A DNA stretch of 53,096 nt from an uncultured delta proteobacterium (GTDB lineage Bacteria; Desulfobacterota; WTBG01; CAIYCZ01). The notes under the pieces were generated by a model, which had not been told where the DNA came from, searched no databases, and saw nothing but the letters and a program-made list of their open reading frames with translations. Location: positions 1 to 53,096 of the forward strand of contig CAWDOY010000034.1 in the NCBI GenBank assembly GCA_963803975.1, in the 5' to 3' direction. Shown piece by piece: positions 40,283 to 49,817 of the stretch; within the stretch, counting starts at the first letter, position 1, and each line of letters opens with the position of its first letter. The translations under genes and the position numbers were made by a program.

Positions 40283-41110
40283 TCAGGGTTGTTTCAGATT
40301 TGAGGCAAGAAAAAATTGAAAGGCATTCTGTCCGAGAATCTCTTCTTTCTCACTATTGTTTAAAAAAGGAACTGCTTTGGCAATTTTTACAGACTTATCA
40401 ATGGGGGCAAAGGGGTAATCGGTGCCGAAGAATATTTTATTATGACCGTGCTTTTTTATAATGTTCTGCGCCAGATTCGGGGTAATTTTCTCATAGCTCA
40501 GGGAAGTCTCCATATAAATATTCTTTGTGCCGGCAAGAAGATCATACACCGAATCCCACATATTATTACCGCCCAGATGCGCAGCAATAATTTTCAGCTC
40601 GGAAAAATCCTTTGCCACGGAGAGGATCATATGCGGCTTAGAGCGGTTATGAGGTGTTGGCTTTGGATTGCCGCCAACGTGAAACATAACGGTCATCTGT
40701 CGTTTTGCCAGAGCCTCGTACAGATGATATGTTGCTGCGCGGTCATCTACGGTAAATCCCTGCACCTCAGGCTGAAGCTTTACGCCGTTGATATTATGGT
40801 CCTGCAGACGGTCCAGTTCATGGGAGAGATTCTTTAAAAGCGGGTGGATGGTGCCGAACTTGATGAACCGATCCTGTTTTAAATTGATCAGCCAGGTATT
40901 GGCCGGATGTACCCCCGCTTGGGTGGGGGATACCATATGAATCACTGCGTAGGTTATCCCGTTATCATCCATCTGGGCGAGAAGATCTGCAGCTGTGCCC
41001 TTGCCATACGTCGGGACATTGAACGTTTTTGAGGTGTTTTCAAGTACGCGTGCCGCAATGTCATCCGGGAATATGTGGGTATGGGCGTCTATAATGAGCA
41101 TGATTAGCAT
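40283..41110 (-). CDS. Amidohydrolase_2 family TIM-barrel metallohydrolase
   Basis: IIDAHTH, FGTIHP, GVKLQP, FHVG, AHLGG, FGTDYP. Confidence 0.88.
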   Translation of the reverse strand: MLIMLIIDAHTHIFPDDIAARVLENTSKTFNVPTYGKGTAADLLAQMDDNGITYAVIHMVSPTQAGVHPANTWLINLKQDRFIKFGTIHPLLKNLSHELDRLQDHNINGVKLQPEVQGFTVDDRAATYHLYEALAKRQMTVMFHVGGNPKPTPHNRSKPHMILSVAKDFSELKIIAAHLGGNNMWDSVYDLLAGTKNIYMETSLSYEKITPNLAQNIIKKHGHNKIFFGTDYPFAPIDKSVKIAKAVPFLNNSEKEEILGQNAFQFFLASNLKQP

Positions 41111-41135
41111 AGCAGCTAAAAAATGAAATGGCCCG

Positions 41136-42386
41136 TTACGACGCGTTCCCGTCAAAGCTGTATTTAATCTCCTGATAATCACGCCTGAAGCGGTTGACCT
41201 CATCTTTAACTGATTTTTTATCAATGATGCATTCCTTCATGAGCGCGGCAATTTTTATCATCTCATCTTTTTTCATGCCGCAGCGGGTCATTTCCTGCAC
41301 GCCGATACGGACGCCATCAGGGTGATCGTGGTTGCTCAGCGGTTCATGGGGCAGCATATTCATATTGAGGATTATGTCGTTGATCTCAAGCGTGCGTGAG
41401 ACTTTCTCACCGCCGCCGCATTTACTGACATTAACCGCCACCTGGTGGCTTTCGGTAAAGCCGAATTCCTTGCCCACTACATCAAAGCCGAGCCGGTCAA
41501 GCTCTTCCGCGAGCGTCTTGGCATTGGTTATGACATCTTCGGCATACTGCTGCCCGAACTCCATGAATTCGCAGGTGCTCAGGGCAAGCTGTGCCAGCGT
41601 GTCAAGATGATGATTGCTTGATGAGCCGGGGAAGGCGCCGCGGTCTATTTTGCGCCAGCTGTCAGCGTCCATGTTGCTTAAAATTATACCCCGCTGGGAG
41701 CCGAAGAACGTTTTATGGGTGCTCGCGGTTATCAGGCAGGCACCTTCGCGCAGGGGGTCCTGGAATTTTTTACCGGCAATGAGCCCCAGCACATGGGCAC
41801 CGTCATAAATTAATTTTATTCTGTTTTCATTGCACAGATCGCTCAGCTCCTGCACCGGGTCGGGGAACAGGAACAGGCTTTTCCCCAGAACCAGGATCTT
41901 CGGCTTCGCTGCCTTGATCAGGAACTTGGTCTTTTCAATGTCAATGTGATAGCCGTCCTTGGTGAGGGGAAAGTCGATGAGATTCTGGGTGAACTTGCCC
42001 AGCGAGCCGAGGCGGTGATGGCTTATATGGCCGCCGCTGGGGGTTGAATTTACCATTACCACATCTTCCCTTTTAACAAATTTGCTGAAGACCGCTTCAT
42101 TGGCATTGGTGCCGCTGATGGGGCGCACTTCAGTGTGATTGCAATTGAAAAGAATTTTCAGGTTTGCCTTGAGCTGGCTTTCTATGTCGTCAATATAGTT
42201 CGTACCCCGGTAATACCGCTCGCCGGGATGGCCTTCTGCATAGCGGTGAACAAAGTCAGAGCCCGACATGGAGCGAACAGTTTTGCTCATAACATTTTCA
42301 CTGGCAATCAGGTTTATGGTGCGCATGCGCCACTCATTCTGCTTTTTAATCAGCCCAATAGTTTCGTTAAATTGCTGCTCGTACAT
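41136..42386 (-). CDS. glyA: Serine hydroxymethyltransferase, archaeal-like type
   Basis: NLIASEN, RYAEG, GGHISH, YDGAHVLGLIAG, STHKTFFGSQRG (PLP lysine), FPG..SNHHL. Confidence 0.92.
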   Translation of the reverse strand: MYEQQFNETIGLIKKQNEWRMRTINLIASENVMSKTVRSMSGSDFVHRYAEGHPGERYYRGTNYIDDIESQLKANLKILFNCNHTEVRPISGTNANEAVFSKFVKREDVVMVNSTPSGGHISHHRLGSLGKFTQNLIDFPLTKDGYHIDIEKTKFLIKAAKPKILVLGKSLFLFPDPVQELSDLCNENRIKLIYDGAHVLGLIAGKKFQDPLREGACLITASTHKTFFGSQRGIILSNMDADSWRKIDRGAFPGSSSNHHLDTLAQLALSTCEFMEFGQQYAEDVITNAKTLAEELDRLGFDVVGKEFGFTESHQVAVNVSKCGGGEKVSRTLEINDIILNMNMLPHEPLSNHDHPDGVRIGVQEMTRCGMKKDEMIKIAALMKECIIDKKSVKDEVNRFRRDYQEIKYSFDGNAS

Positions 42387-42658
42387 AAAAAGGTAACCTC
42401 CTTCAAGTATTTTGAGGATTAAGTCTGTTTTTAAAATGGTTTATAAGAATATCATAATTATATGGTTATGCAAACCAATTTTACCTCAGTTGAGAAATCT
42501 GAAAAATACCAGCACGTCAAGGTATATATATTAGTTGAAAATAAAAATGGCAGTTATGATACTAACCAATCCGTTTTTAATATGATATAGAATATTAAAA
42601 TTCCCGCCCGGTAACAAAGCAGCGCATCTAAGGGTAAAACACTACATACATAATTACT

Positions 42659-43114
42659 ATGGAAAACAGTTCACGGTTTGAGCCGAGGATAATCGCCTTC
42701 TGCTGCAACTGGTGCAGCTATGCCGGCGCTGACCTTGCCGGCGGCATGAGGCTTAAATATGCAGCCAACATTATTCCCGTACGGGTAATGTGCAGCGCCC
42801 GCGTGTCCCCGCATTTTATCATCCGGGCATTCCAGGAGGGCGCCGATGGAGTGCTTGTGGCCGGCTGCCATATCGGCGACTGCCATTACCTGAAGGGTAA
42901 TTACATCGCGATTAAGCGCGTGGCAATTTTACGGGACCTTATTGATTTTCTCGGTATATCAAAGGAGCGGCTTCGGCTTGAATGGATTGCCGGCTCTGAA
43001 GGCGACAAGTATGCACGGGTGGCTGATGAATTTACAGAGAAGGTACGCAGCCTCGGACCAAGCCCCATAAAGCGGATACCATTCAGGGAAAAAGCTGTGG
43101 CAATGGTGCGGTGA
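42659..43114 (+). CDS. mvhD: MvhD/FlpD [2Fe-2S] subunit
   Basis: FCCNWCSYAGADLAG, RVMCSARV, GADGVLVAGCHIGDCHY. Confidence 0.95.
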   Translation: MENSSRFEPRIIAFCCNWCSYAGADLAGGMRLKYAANIIPVRVMCSARVSPHFIIRAFQEGADGVLVAGCHIGDCHYLKGNYIAIKRVAILRDLIDFLGISKERLRLEWIAGSEGDKYARVADEFTEKVRSLGPSPIKRIPFREKAVAMVR

Positions 43115-43944
43115 TAGAATTAGTCGGAGAATTGGTATATAGGATGGAGGCATTAAAAAATAAAGTTAAAGAACTGCTTGAATCCGGAGGGATAGCCGGG
43201 TTTCTTGGCTTGCGCAATTTCGGCTCCGAGCCTTTTCCGTTCTTATTTACCAGAGATACAGCAGCAGAAGTTGAAAAAATCACAACCGGTGCGGTGCGCT
43301 ATCCGCTGTCAAAAATACTAATACGTATAGCTGCCGTTTATCCGGATGCAACCTTTGGCATTATGTGCCGTGCTTGTGACGAGCGGGCTATTATAGAGCT
43401 GTTTAAAAATACCAAGCTTCGTTCTGATAAGGTTATTACCATTGGCATTTCATGCACTGATGATTTGGTTCAGGCGTGCACATGTGAGAATCCGAACCCG
43501 TCTAATGTGATAGCAGATGCAAGACCCCAAAAAGCGTTTGACCGCTCTGATGTTCAGAAGATTGCGTCAATGACGCTGGAGCAGAGGTTTGATTTCTGGA
43601 CTGAACAACTGGGCAAATGCATAAAGTGCTATGGATGCAGAAACATATGCCCGGTCTGTTTTTGCGACGTGTGTACCCTTGAGGATCAGCCGCTGGTCAA
43701 GAGGGGAGAAATACCGCCGGAGCTGCCTTCTTTTCATCTCACCCGCGCCTACCACATGGCAGGCCGGTGTGTAGATTGCGGCCTGTGTGAAGAGGCATGC
43801 CCGGTGGATATACCCCTGCGGACGCTTTACCGCAGGGTGCGTGAATCAGTAAAAGAACTGCTGGATTACCTTCCCGGAGAAGAGCGGGACAAAGTTCCGC
43901 CCATCCAGGTTCTCGGGGATGGATTGTTTGAGATCAGGGATTAG
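43111..43944 (+). CDS. FdhB/FrhB-like 4Fe-4S dicluster protein (short form)
   Basis: CRACDERA, CIKCYGCRNICPVCFC, HMAGRCVDCGLCEEACP. Confidence 0.82.
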   Translation: MIELVGELVYRMEALKNKVKELLESGGIAGFLGLRNFGSEPFPFLFTRDTAAEVEKITTGAVRYPLSKILIRIAAVYPDATFGIMCRACDERAIIELFKNTKLRSDKVITIGISCTDDLVQACTCENPNPSNVIADARPQKAFDRSDVQKIASMTLEQRFDFWTEQLGKCIKCYGCRNICPVCFCDVCTLEDQPLVKRGEIPPELPSFHLTRAYHMAGRCVDCGLCEEACPVDIPLRTLYRRVRESVKELLDYLPGEERDKVPPIQVLGDGLFEIRD

Positions 43945-44005
43945 TTCAAAAAAAAGAGGCTCATGGCACGTGACCAGAAACATGATTAAATGCGGAGAAA
44001 AAGAG

Positions 44006-46063
44006 ATGCACTATGAGTGCATACCGACAACCTGTACCTACTGCGGCTGCGGCTGCTCAGTAGTTCTGCAGGTGCTCGATGGGCACCTGGTTGGCGTGCT
44101 TCCCGGCAAAACCAACCCGGTAAACGAGGGCAGCCTGTGTATTAAAGGCTGGACATCGCATGAATTTGTGTATAGTGAAAAGCGCCTTAAAAACCCGCTC
44201 GTGAAGAAGAACGGCGCCTTTGTTGAAACAAGCTGGGAAGAGGCTCTGGACACGGTTGCACGGAACCTGAAGAAGATAAAAGAGGAGAGCGGTGCGGACA
44301 GTATTGCCGCGCTTGCTTCAGCGAAGTGCACCAACGAGGAAAATTACCTGATGCAGAAGTTCATGCGGGCATCAATCGGCAGCAACAATGTAGACCACTG
44401 CGCCCGGCTCTGACACTCATCAACGGTTGCCGGTCTGGCAGCGGTGTTCGGCAGCGGGGCAATGACCAATTCCATCGCAGAGCTTGAAGACTCAAAATGC
44501 ATTTTTATTATCGGCTCCAATACTTCTGAAGCCCATCCGCTCATCGCAAACCGCATCCTGCGCGCGAAGGCAAAGGGCGGGAAGATCATTGTCGCGGACC
44601 CGCGCAAAATCCATATCGCTTTTTACGCTGATATCCATGTGCGGCAGAACCTGGGTACCGATGTCGCGCTGCTGAACGGGATAATGAATATTATCATCTC
44701 GAAAGGATGGCAGGCACGAGAATACATTGAAGCGCGCACGGAGAATTATGCCGCGCTGCAGGAGTCGGTAGTAAACTATCCGCCGGAGAAAGTGTCAGAT
44801 ATAACCGGGGTCAGTGTCCAGGACCTTAATGCCATCGCAGAAGCATACGCGAAAGCATCGTCTGCTTCAATTGTCTATGCCATGGGAATAACCCAGCACA
44901 CTACCGGTGTGGACAATGTGAAAACTCTGGCAAACCTTGCCATGCTCTGCGGCCGCGTAGGCGCTGAGAGCTGCGGGGTGAACCCTTTGCGCGGGCAGAA
45001 CAATGTTCAGGGCGCCTGCGATATGGGGGCGCTGCCCAATGTCTATTCCGGCTACCAGCAGGTCGCTGACGAGGCAGCAGCAACTAAATTTGAAGCAGCC
45101 TGGGGCGTGCAGCTTTCGCGAAAGCCGGGACTGACTATAATGGATATGATGCACGCGATCGAAGGAAGGCAGTGTGCGGGCGCTCTATATCATGGGTGAA
45201 AACCCGGTGGTGAGCGACCCGAACCGCAGCCATGTTGAAACGGTATTGAAGAAAGTCAGAATTTCTCGTGGTGCAGGATATATTCATGACCGAGACCGCG
45301 CAGTATGCCCACGTTATACTGCCCGGTGTATCATTCGCGGAAAAGGACGGGACATTCACTAATACCGAGCGACGCGTACAGCGGGTGCGCAAAGCTATAG
45401 AGCCGGTGGGGAATGCCAGGTCTGACTGGCAGATCATCTGCTCACTGTCCGGCCTGATCGGGTACCCGATGCAGTTATCCTGATGCCGGCGACATTCAGG
45501 ATGAAATAAAAAGCGTTACGCCGAGCTATGGCGGCATAACCTACGCACGGCTTGACGGTGACGGGCTGCAGTGGCCGTGCCCCACATCTGAGCATCCGGG
45601 AACAAAATATCTTCACAAAGAGCGTTTTACCAGGGGCAGGGGACTATTCAGCGCTATTGATTATAAGCCACCGGCAGAAGCAGTGATAAGGAATTTCCTT
45701 TCATGCTCACCACCGGAAGGAATTTTGTTCATTACCACACCGGAACACTCACCAGGCAGTCACACAGCCTTGATGATGAGCAGAAGGAAGGCTACGCGGA
45801 AATTAACCCGCTTGACGCGCAGAAGTACGGCATTTCGTATGAGAGACAGGATAAAAGTTATATCCCGACGGGGAGCGATTGAAATAAAACCTGAGATAAC
45901 GGGCCGGGTACCGGAAGGGACCCTGTTCATACCATTTCATTTTGCCGAGGCAGCTGCAAACACGCTGACCATCGATGCTCTTGACCCGGTTGCAAAGATT
46001 CCGGAATACAAGGTCTGCGCGGTGCGCATAGAAAAGGTGGTGTGGGGGCCGGTGAATCGATAA
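44006..46063 (+). CDS. fdhA: Formate dehydrogenase alpha subunit, selenocysteine-containing (TGA 44411-44413); several frameshifts in the 3' half
   Basis: [10 protein letters not shown]...[20 protein letters not shown] in frame across the [47 protein letters not shown]. Confidence 0.92.
44414..44444 (+). promoter_or_regulatory. Bacterial SECIS element of fdhA
   Basis: TGA-CACTCATCAAC-GGTTGCC-GGTCT-GGCAGC, closely resembling the E. coli fdhF SECIS (GGTTGCAGGTCTGCACC) at the same distance. Confidence 0.85.
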
Positions 46064-46120
46064 AAGGTAAATTGGTAGCGAAGTTTCTACATTACTTAAA
46101 AGAAACTAATAGGTAGTAAC

Positions 46121-48076
46121 ATGTCACGAATAGGTGTTTTCATATGCCACTGCGGAACAAATATAGCTTCTGTTGTTGATGTTGCCAAAGTGGTTGAGAC
46201 CATACAAAATATTCCTGATGTCGTAGCGGCTCAGGACCTGAAATACAGCTGCTCCGCCCTTGGACAGGGTGCCATCAAGGTTGCCATCAAGGAACATAAC
46301 CTGGACACGGTTGTTGTGGCGGCGTGCTCACCGCGCATGCATGAGCCGACGTTTATGAAATGCATTGAGAGCGCCGGACTCAACCCCTACCAGTTTGAAA
46401 TGGCAAATATCAGGGAGCAGTGCAGCTGGGTGCATGCAGACCGGGAAAAGGCCACGCAGAAGGCAATCGGGCTGGTAAAAATGGCCATTGCCAAGGCGCA
46501 GAACCTTGTGCCGCTCTCAATTACCAAGATGCCGGTAACCAAGCACGCCCTGGTTGTGGGAGGCGGTATCGCGGGCATGCAGGCGGCCCTTGATATCAGC
46601 AAGGCCGGCTATACAGTTACCATTGTCGAGAAGAGCCCGAGCATCGGCGGCCGCATGGCCCAGCTTGAGAAGACATTTCCGACCCTTGACTGCTCTGCCT
46701 GAATTCTCACCCCACGGATGACGGAGTCATCCCAGGACGAAAAGATCACGCTGCTGACCTATGCGGAGATTGAAGAAGTAAAAGGCTTTGTCGGCAATTA
46801 TGATGTTACTATCCGCAAGAAAGCCCGCTCTGTTGACCTTGTCAAATGTACCGGCTGCGGCGAATGCAAGCAGAAGTGCCCGAAAAAGGTTCCCAGCGAA
46901 TTTGACATGGTCCTTGGTACCAGAAAAGCCATCTACACCCCGTTTACCCAGGCAGTCCCCAACGTGCCGGTCATAGACCGGGAAAGCTGTCTCTACTTTA
47001 CCAAAGGAAAATGTCAGATATGCTCCAAGGTGTGCCCGACCGGCGCGGTGGATTATGAACAGAAGGACGAGCTTATAACCGAAAAATTCGGCGCCATAGT
47101 TGTTGCGACCGGCTTTGACCAGTTTGACTGGACCGTCTACGGCGAATACGGCGGCGGCAGGATCAAGAACATTGTCACCGGCCTGCATATCGAGCGCATG
47201 CTTGAAACCTCAGGGCCGACCGGCGGGCATATTATCCGGCCTTCTGACGGCAAGGAGGCAAAAGTCGTTGTGTTCGTACAGTGCGCGGGCTCCCGCGACG
47301 AAGCCAAGGGCAAGCCATACTGCTCGCGGGTATGCTGCATGTACACGGCCAAGCACGCACTGCTCCTGAAAGACCACCAGCCGGACAGCCAGGCCTACGT
47401 GTTCTACATAGACATCCGTGCCGGCGGAAAAAATTATGAGGAGTTTACGAAGAAAGTTCAGCGGGACCACGGAGCAGTCTATATTCGCGGCCGGGTCTCA
47501 AAGATATATGAAAAAGGCGACAAGCTGGTGGTGTGCGGCGCCGATACCCTGACCGGGAAGCCGGTGAAAATTGAGGCGGACCTGGTGGTGCTGGCGACCG
47601 CGATGGTCCCGCAGGCTGACGCGACAGCGCTTGCTCAGAAGCTCAATATCCCGTATGACAAACACGGCTTTTACACGGAAGTGCATCCCAAGCTGCAGCC
47701 GGTGGCAAGCGTCACCAAGGGCATATTTTTGACCGGCGCGTGCCAGTTCCCACGGGATATTCCTGACACGGTTGCCATGAGCGGCGCTGCCGCGGTAGGC
47801 GTGTGCGGCATATTCTCCCAGGATGAAATGTCCATTGAGCCGCGCATTGCCTGCGTTGATACTGAGCGCTGCGTGTCCTGTTTCAACTGCCTGCAGGTAT
47901 GCCCGTTCAACGCCATAGTGCAGCAGGAGATTGACGGCAAAACCTATGCCTATGTACAGGAAAGCCTGTGCACCGGGTGCGGCAACTGCGCGTCTACCTG
48001 CAGGGTACGGGCCATCACCGTACGAGGCTTTACCGATGAGCAGCTTTACGCCCAGATAAAGGCAGCATTTAATTAA
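46121..48076 (+). CDS. hdrA: Heterodisulfide reductase subunit A, selenocysteine-containing (TGA 46700-46702), 651 aa on read-through
   Basis: GVFICHCGTNIA, GGGIAG, KTFPTLDCSA-U-ILTPRM in frame joining ORFs 46121-46702 and 46718-48076; CAGSRD..YCSRVCCMY; two ferredoxin domains. Confidence 0.95.
46703..46732 (+). promoter_or_regulatory. Putative SECIS element of hdrA
   Basis: Perfect stem GGATGAC-GGA-GTCATCC (46716-46732) starting 13 nt after the TGA, with G at the start of the apical loop. Confidence 0.75.
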
Positions 48077-48113
48077 GAACCCTTGGCCCCTTGAATCCTT
48101 GAACCCTATTTTT

Positions 48114-48644
48114 ATGGATGCCCATAATTTCAGAGAGCAGATAAAAGAGCTGTCAGGAGCAGATGTCGGCAAATGCATCCAGTGCGGCAAATGCACTGCC
48201 GGATGCCCGGTCGCGGTTGACATGGACTACGTGCCGAATCAGGTCATGCAGCTGATACGCATGAATGAGAAGGATTGCCTGCTCAAGGCAAACACCTTCT
48301 GGTTCTGCGCCGCGTGCCAGACCTGTTCCGCGCGGTGCCCGGAGGATATTGACATCGCAAAGATAATGAATACCCTGCGACGGCTTGCAGCAGATGATAT
48401 GATAAACGTTCAGGCGAAAAAAATACCGAAACTTAACCGCGAATTTCTTGAATCAATACGGATGTTCGGCAGGGTGTATGAGCTGGGGATGGTCATGAAA
48501 TATAATCTGATGACCGGCCAGCCCCTTAAAGATGTTTCGTTGGCGCCGGCCCTTTTTAGTAAGGGAAAAATAGGTTTGCTGCCGCACAAGGTTAAGGGAC
48601 TGGATCAGGTGAAGAAGATAATAAAAGAGGGGAAGAAGTTTTAA
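48114..48644 (+). CDS. hdrC: Heterodisulfide reductase subunit C
   Basis: CIQCGKCTAGCP, WFCAACQTCSARCP, GRVYE. Confidence 0.92.
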   Translation: MDAHNFREQIKELSGADVGKCIQCGKCTAGCPVAVDMDYVPNQVMQLIRMNEKDCLLKANTFWFCAACQTCSARCPEDIDIAKIMNTLRRLAADDMINVQAKKIPKLNREFLESIRMFGRVYELGMVMKYNLMTGQPLKDVSLAPALFSKGKIGLLPHKVKGLDQVKKIIKEGKKF

Positions 48645-48703
48645 GAACAGGCACAAAGGCACAAAGTTAGAAACGTGGTAAGGCACAAAGGATAGAGATA
48701 AAA

Positions 48704-49564
48704 ATGGATTATGGTTATTTCCCGGGCTGCTCTTTAAAAAGCACGGCCAAAGAATATGACGACACGGTGCGGCAGCTGTGCCGCAGCTTCGGCATTAATC
48801 TCATTGAAATTGATGACTGGGTCTGCTGCGGCTCAAGCCCGGTGCACGCGCTGAGCGAGGAAATATCGCTGGCCCTGCCGCTTAAGAACCTGTCTCAGGC
48901 CGAGGGCCAGGGGTTGAAAAATATTCTCTCACCGTGCCCTTCGTGCCACAGCCACATGCTGTGCAGTCACGCTGAGATGGAAAAAGAAGGAAGCCACAGG
49001 GAGCGCTTGCAGGAACTTGCCGGAAGCCATTACGCGGGGAGCCTGCAGCTCAAGCATCTCGTTGATTTTTTGTACTATGATGTGGGCATCGATAAAATTA
49101 AAGAAAAAGTCACCCGGCCGCTGACGGGTATTAAGGCGGTTGCCTATTATGGCTGTATGACCCGGTTCCCCGGCATTACGTTTGATGACAGGGAAATGCC
49201 GACCATGATTGATGATATCGTGCAGGCACTCGGCGCTGAGGCGCTGCCGTGGTCCCACACAACTGAATGCTGCGGGGCAAGCTTTTCCATTTCAAAGACC
49301 GAAACCGTGCTGCGGCTGGTGGGAGAAATACTTGAGGCGGCGCGGCTTGTTAATGCCGGCTGCATCATTGCGGTATGCCCGCTGTGCCAGTCGAACCTGG
49401 ACATGCGCCAGGTTGAAATACAGAAAAAGACCGGAGAGATCTTTAACCTGCCGGTAATATATTTAAGCCAGCTTATCCTCATGTCTCAAGGAAGTTCCAG
49501 ACAGGAACTCGGATTTTCCAGGCATCTTATCGATCCCACGCCGTTGTTAGGAGTTAGGGGATAG
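48704..49564 (+). CDS. hdrB: Heterodisulfide reductase subunit B (two CCG domains)
   Basis: YFPGCSL, DWVCCG, PCPSC, YYGC, ECCGA, CPLCQSNLD. Confidence 0.93.
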   Translation: MDYGYFPGCSLKSTAKEYDDTVRQLCRSFGINLIEIDDWVCCGSSPVHALSEEISLALPLKNLSQAEGQGLKNILSPCPSCHSHMLCSHAEMEKEGSHRERLQELAGSHYAGSLQLKHLVDFLYYDVGIDKIKEKVTRPLTGIKAVAYYGCMTRFPGITFDDREMPTMIDDIVQALGAEALPWSHTTECCGASFSISKTETVLRLVGEILEAARLVNAGCIIAVCPLCQSNLDMRQVEIQKKTGEIFNLPVIYLSQLILMSQGSSRQELGFSRHLIDPTPLLGVRG

Positions 49565-49817
49565 GGGTTCGGGACCAGTGACCAGTGGCTATTGCCCAGT
49601 GAATAGCGGAAAGTGGCTGGTAAAATTCCGATTTGCCGACTCACCCATTAACCTGTTCCAAGCACAGTCAAGAAGGGGACCATTACCTTTGTGCCTGTTG
49701 CCTTTTTAACCTTCTTCACCTTTTTACCTGCCCCGAGCATCGTTGAGAAACCTCTTTACCTCTCATTCGCATAAAATAATCATTTAAAATGTTAAATTAA
49801 TATGTTAATTGAAACTT

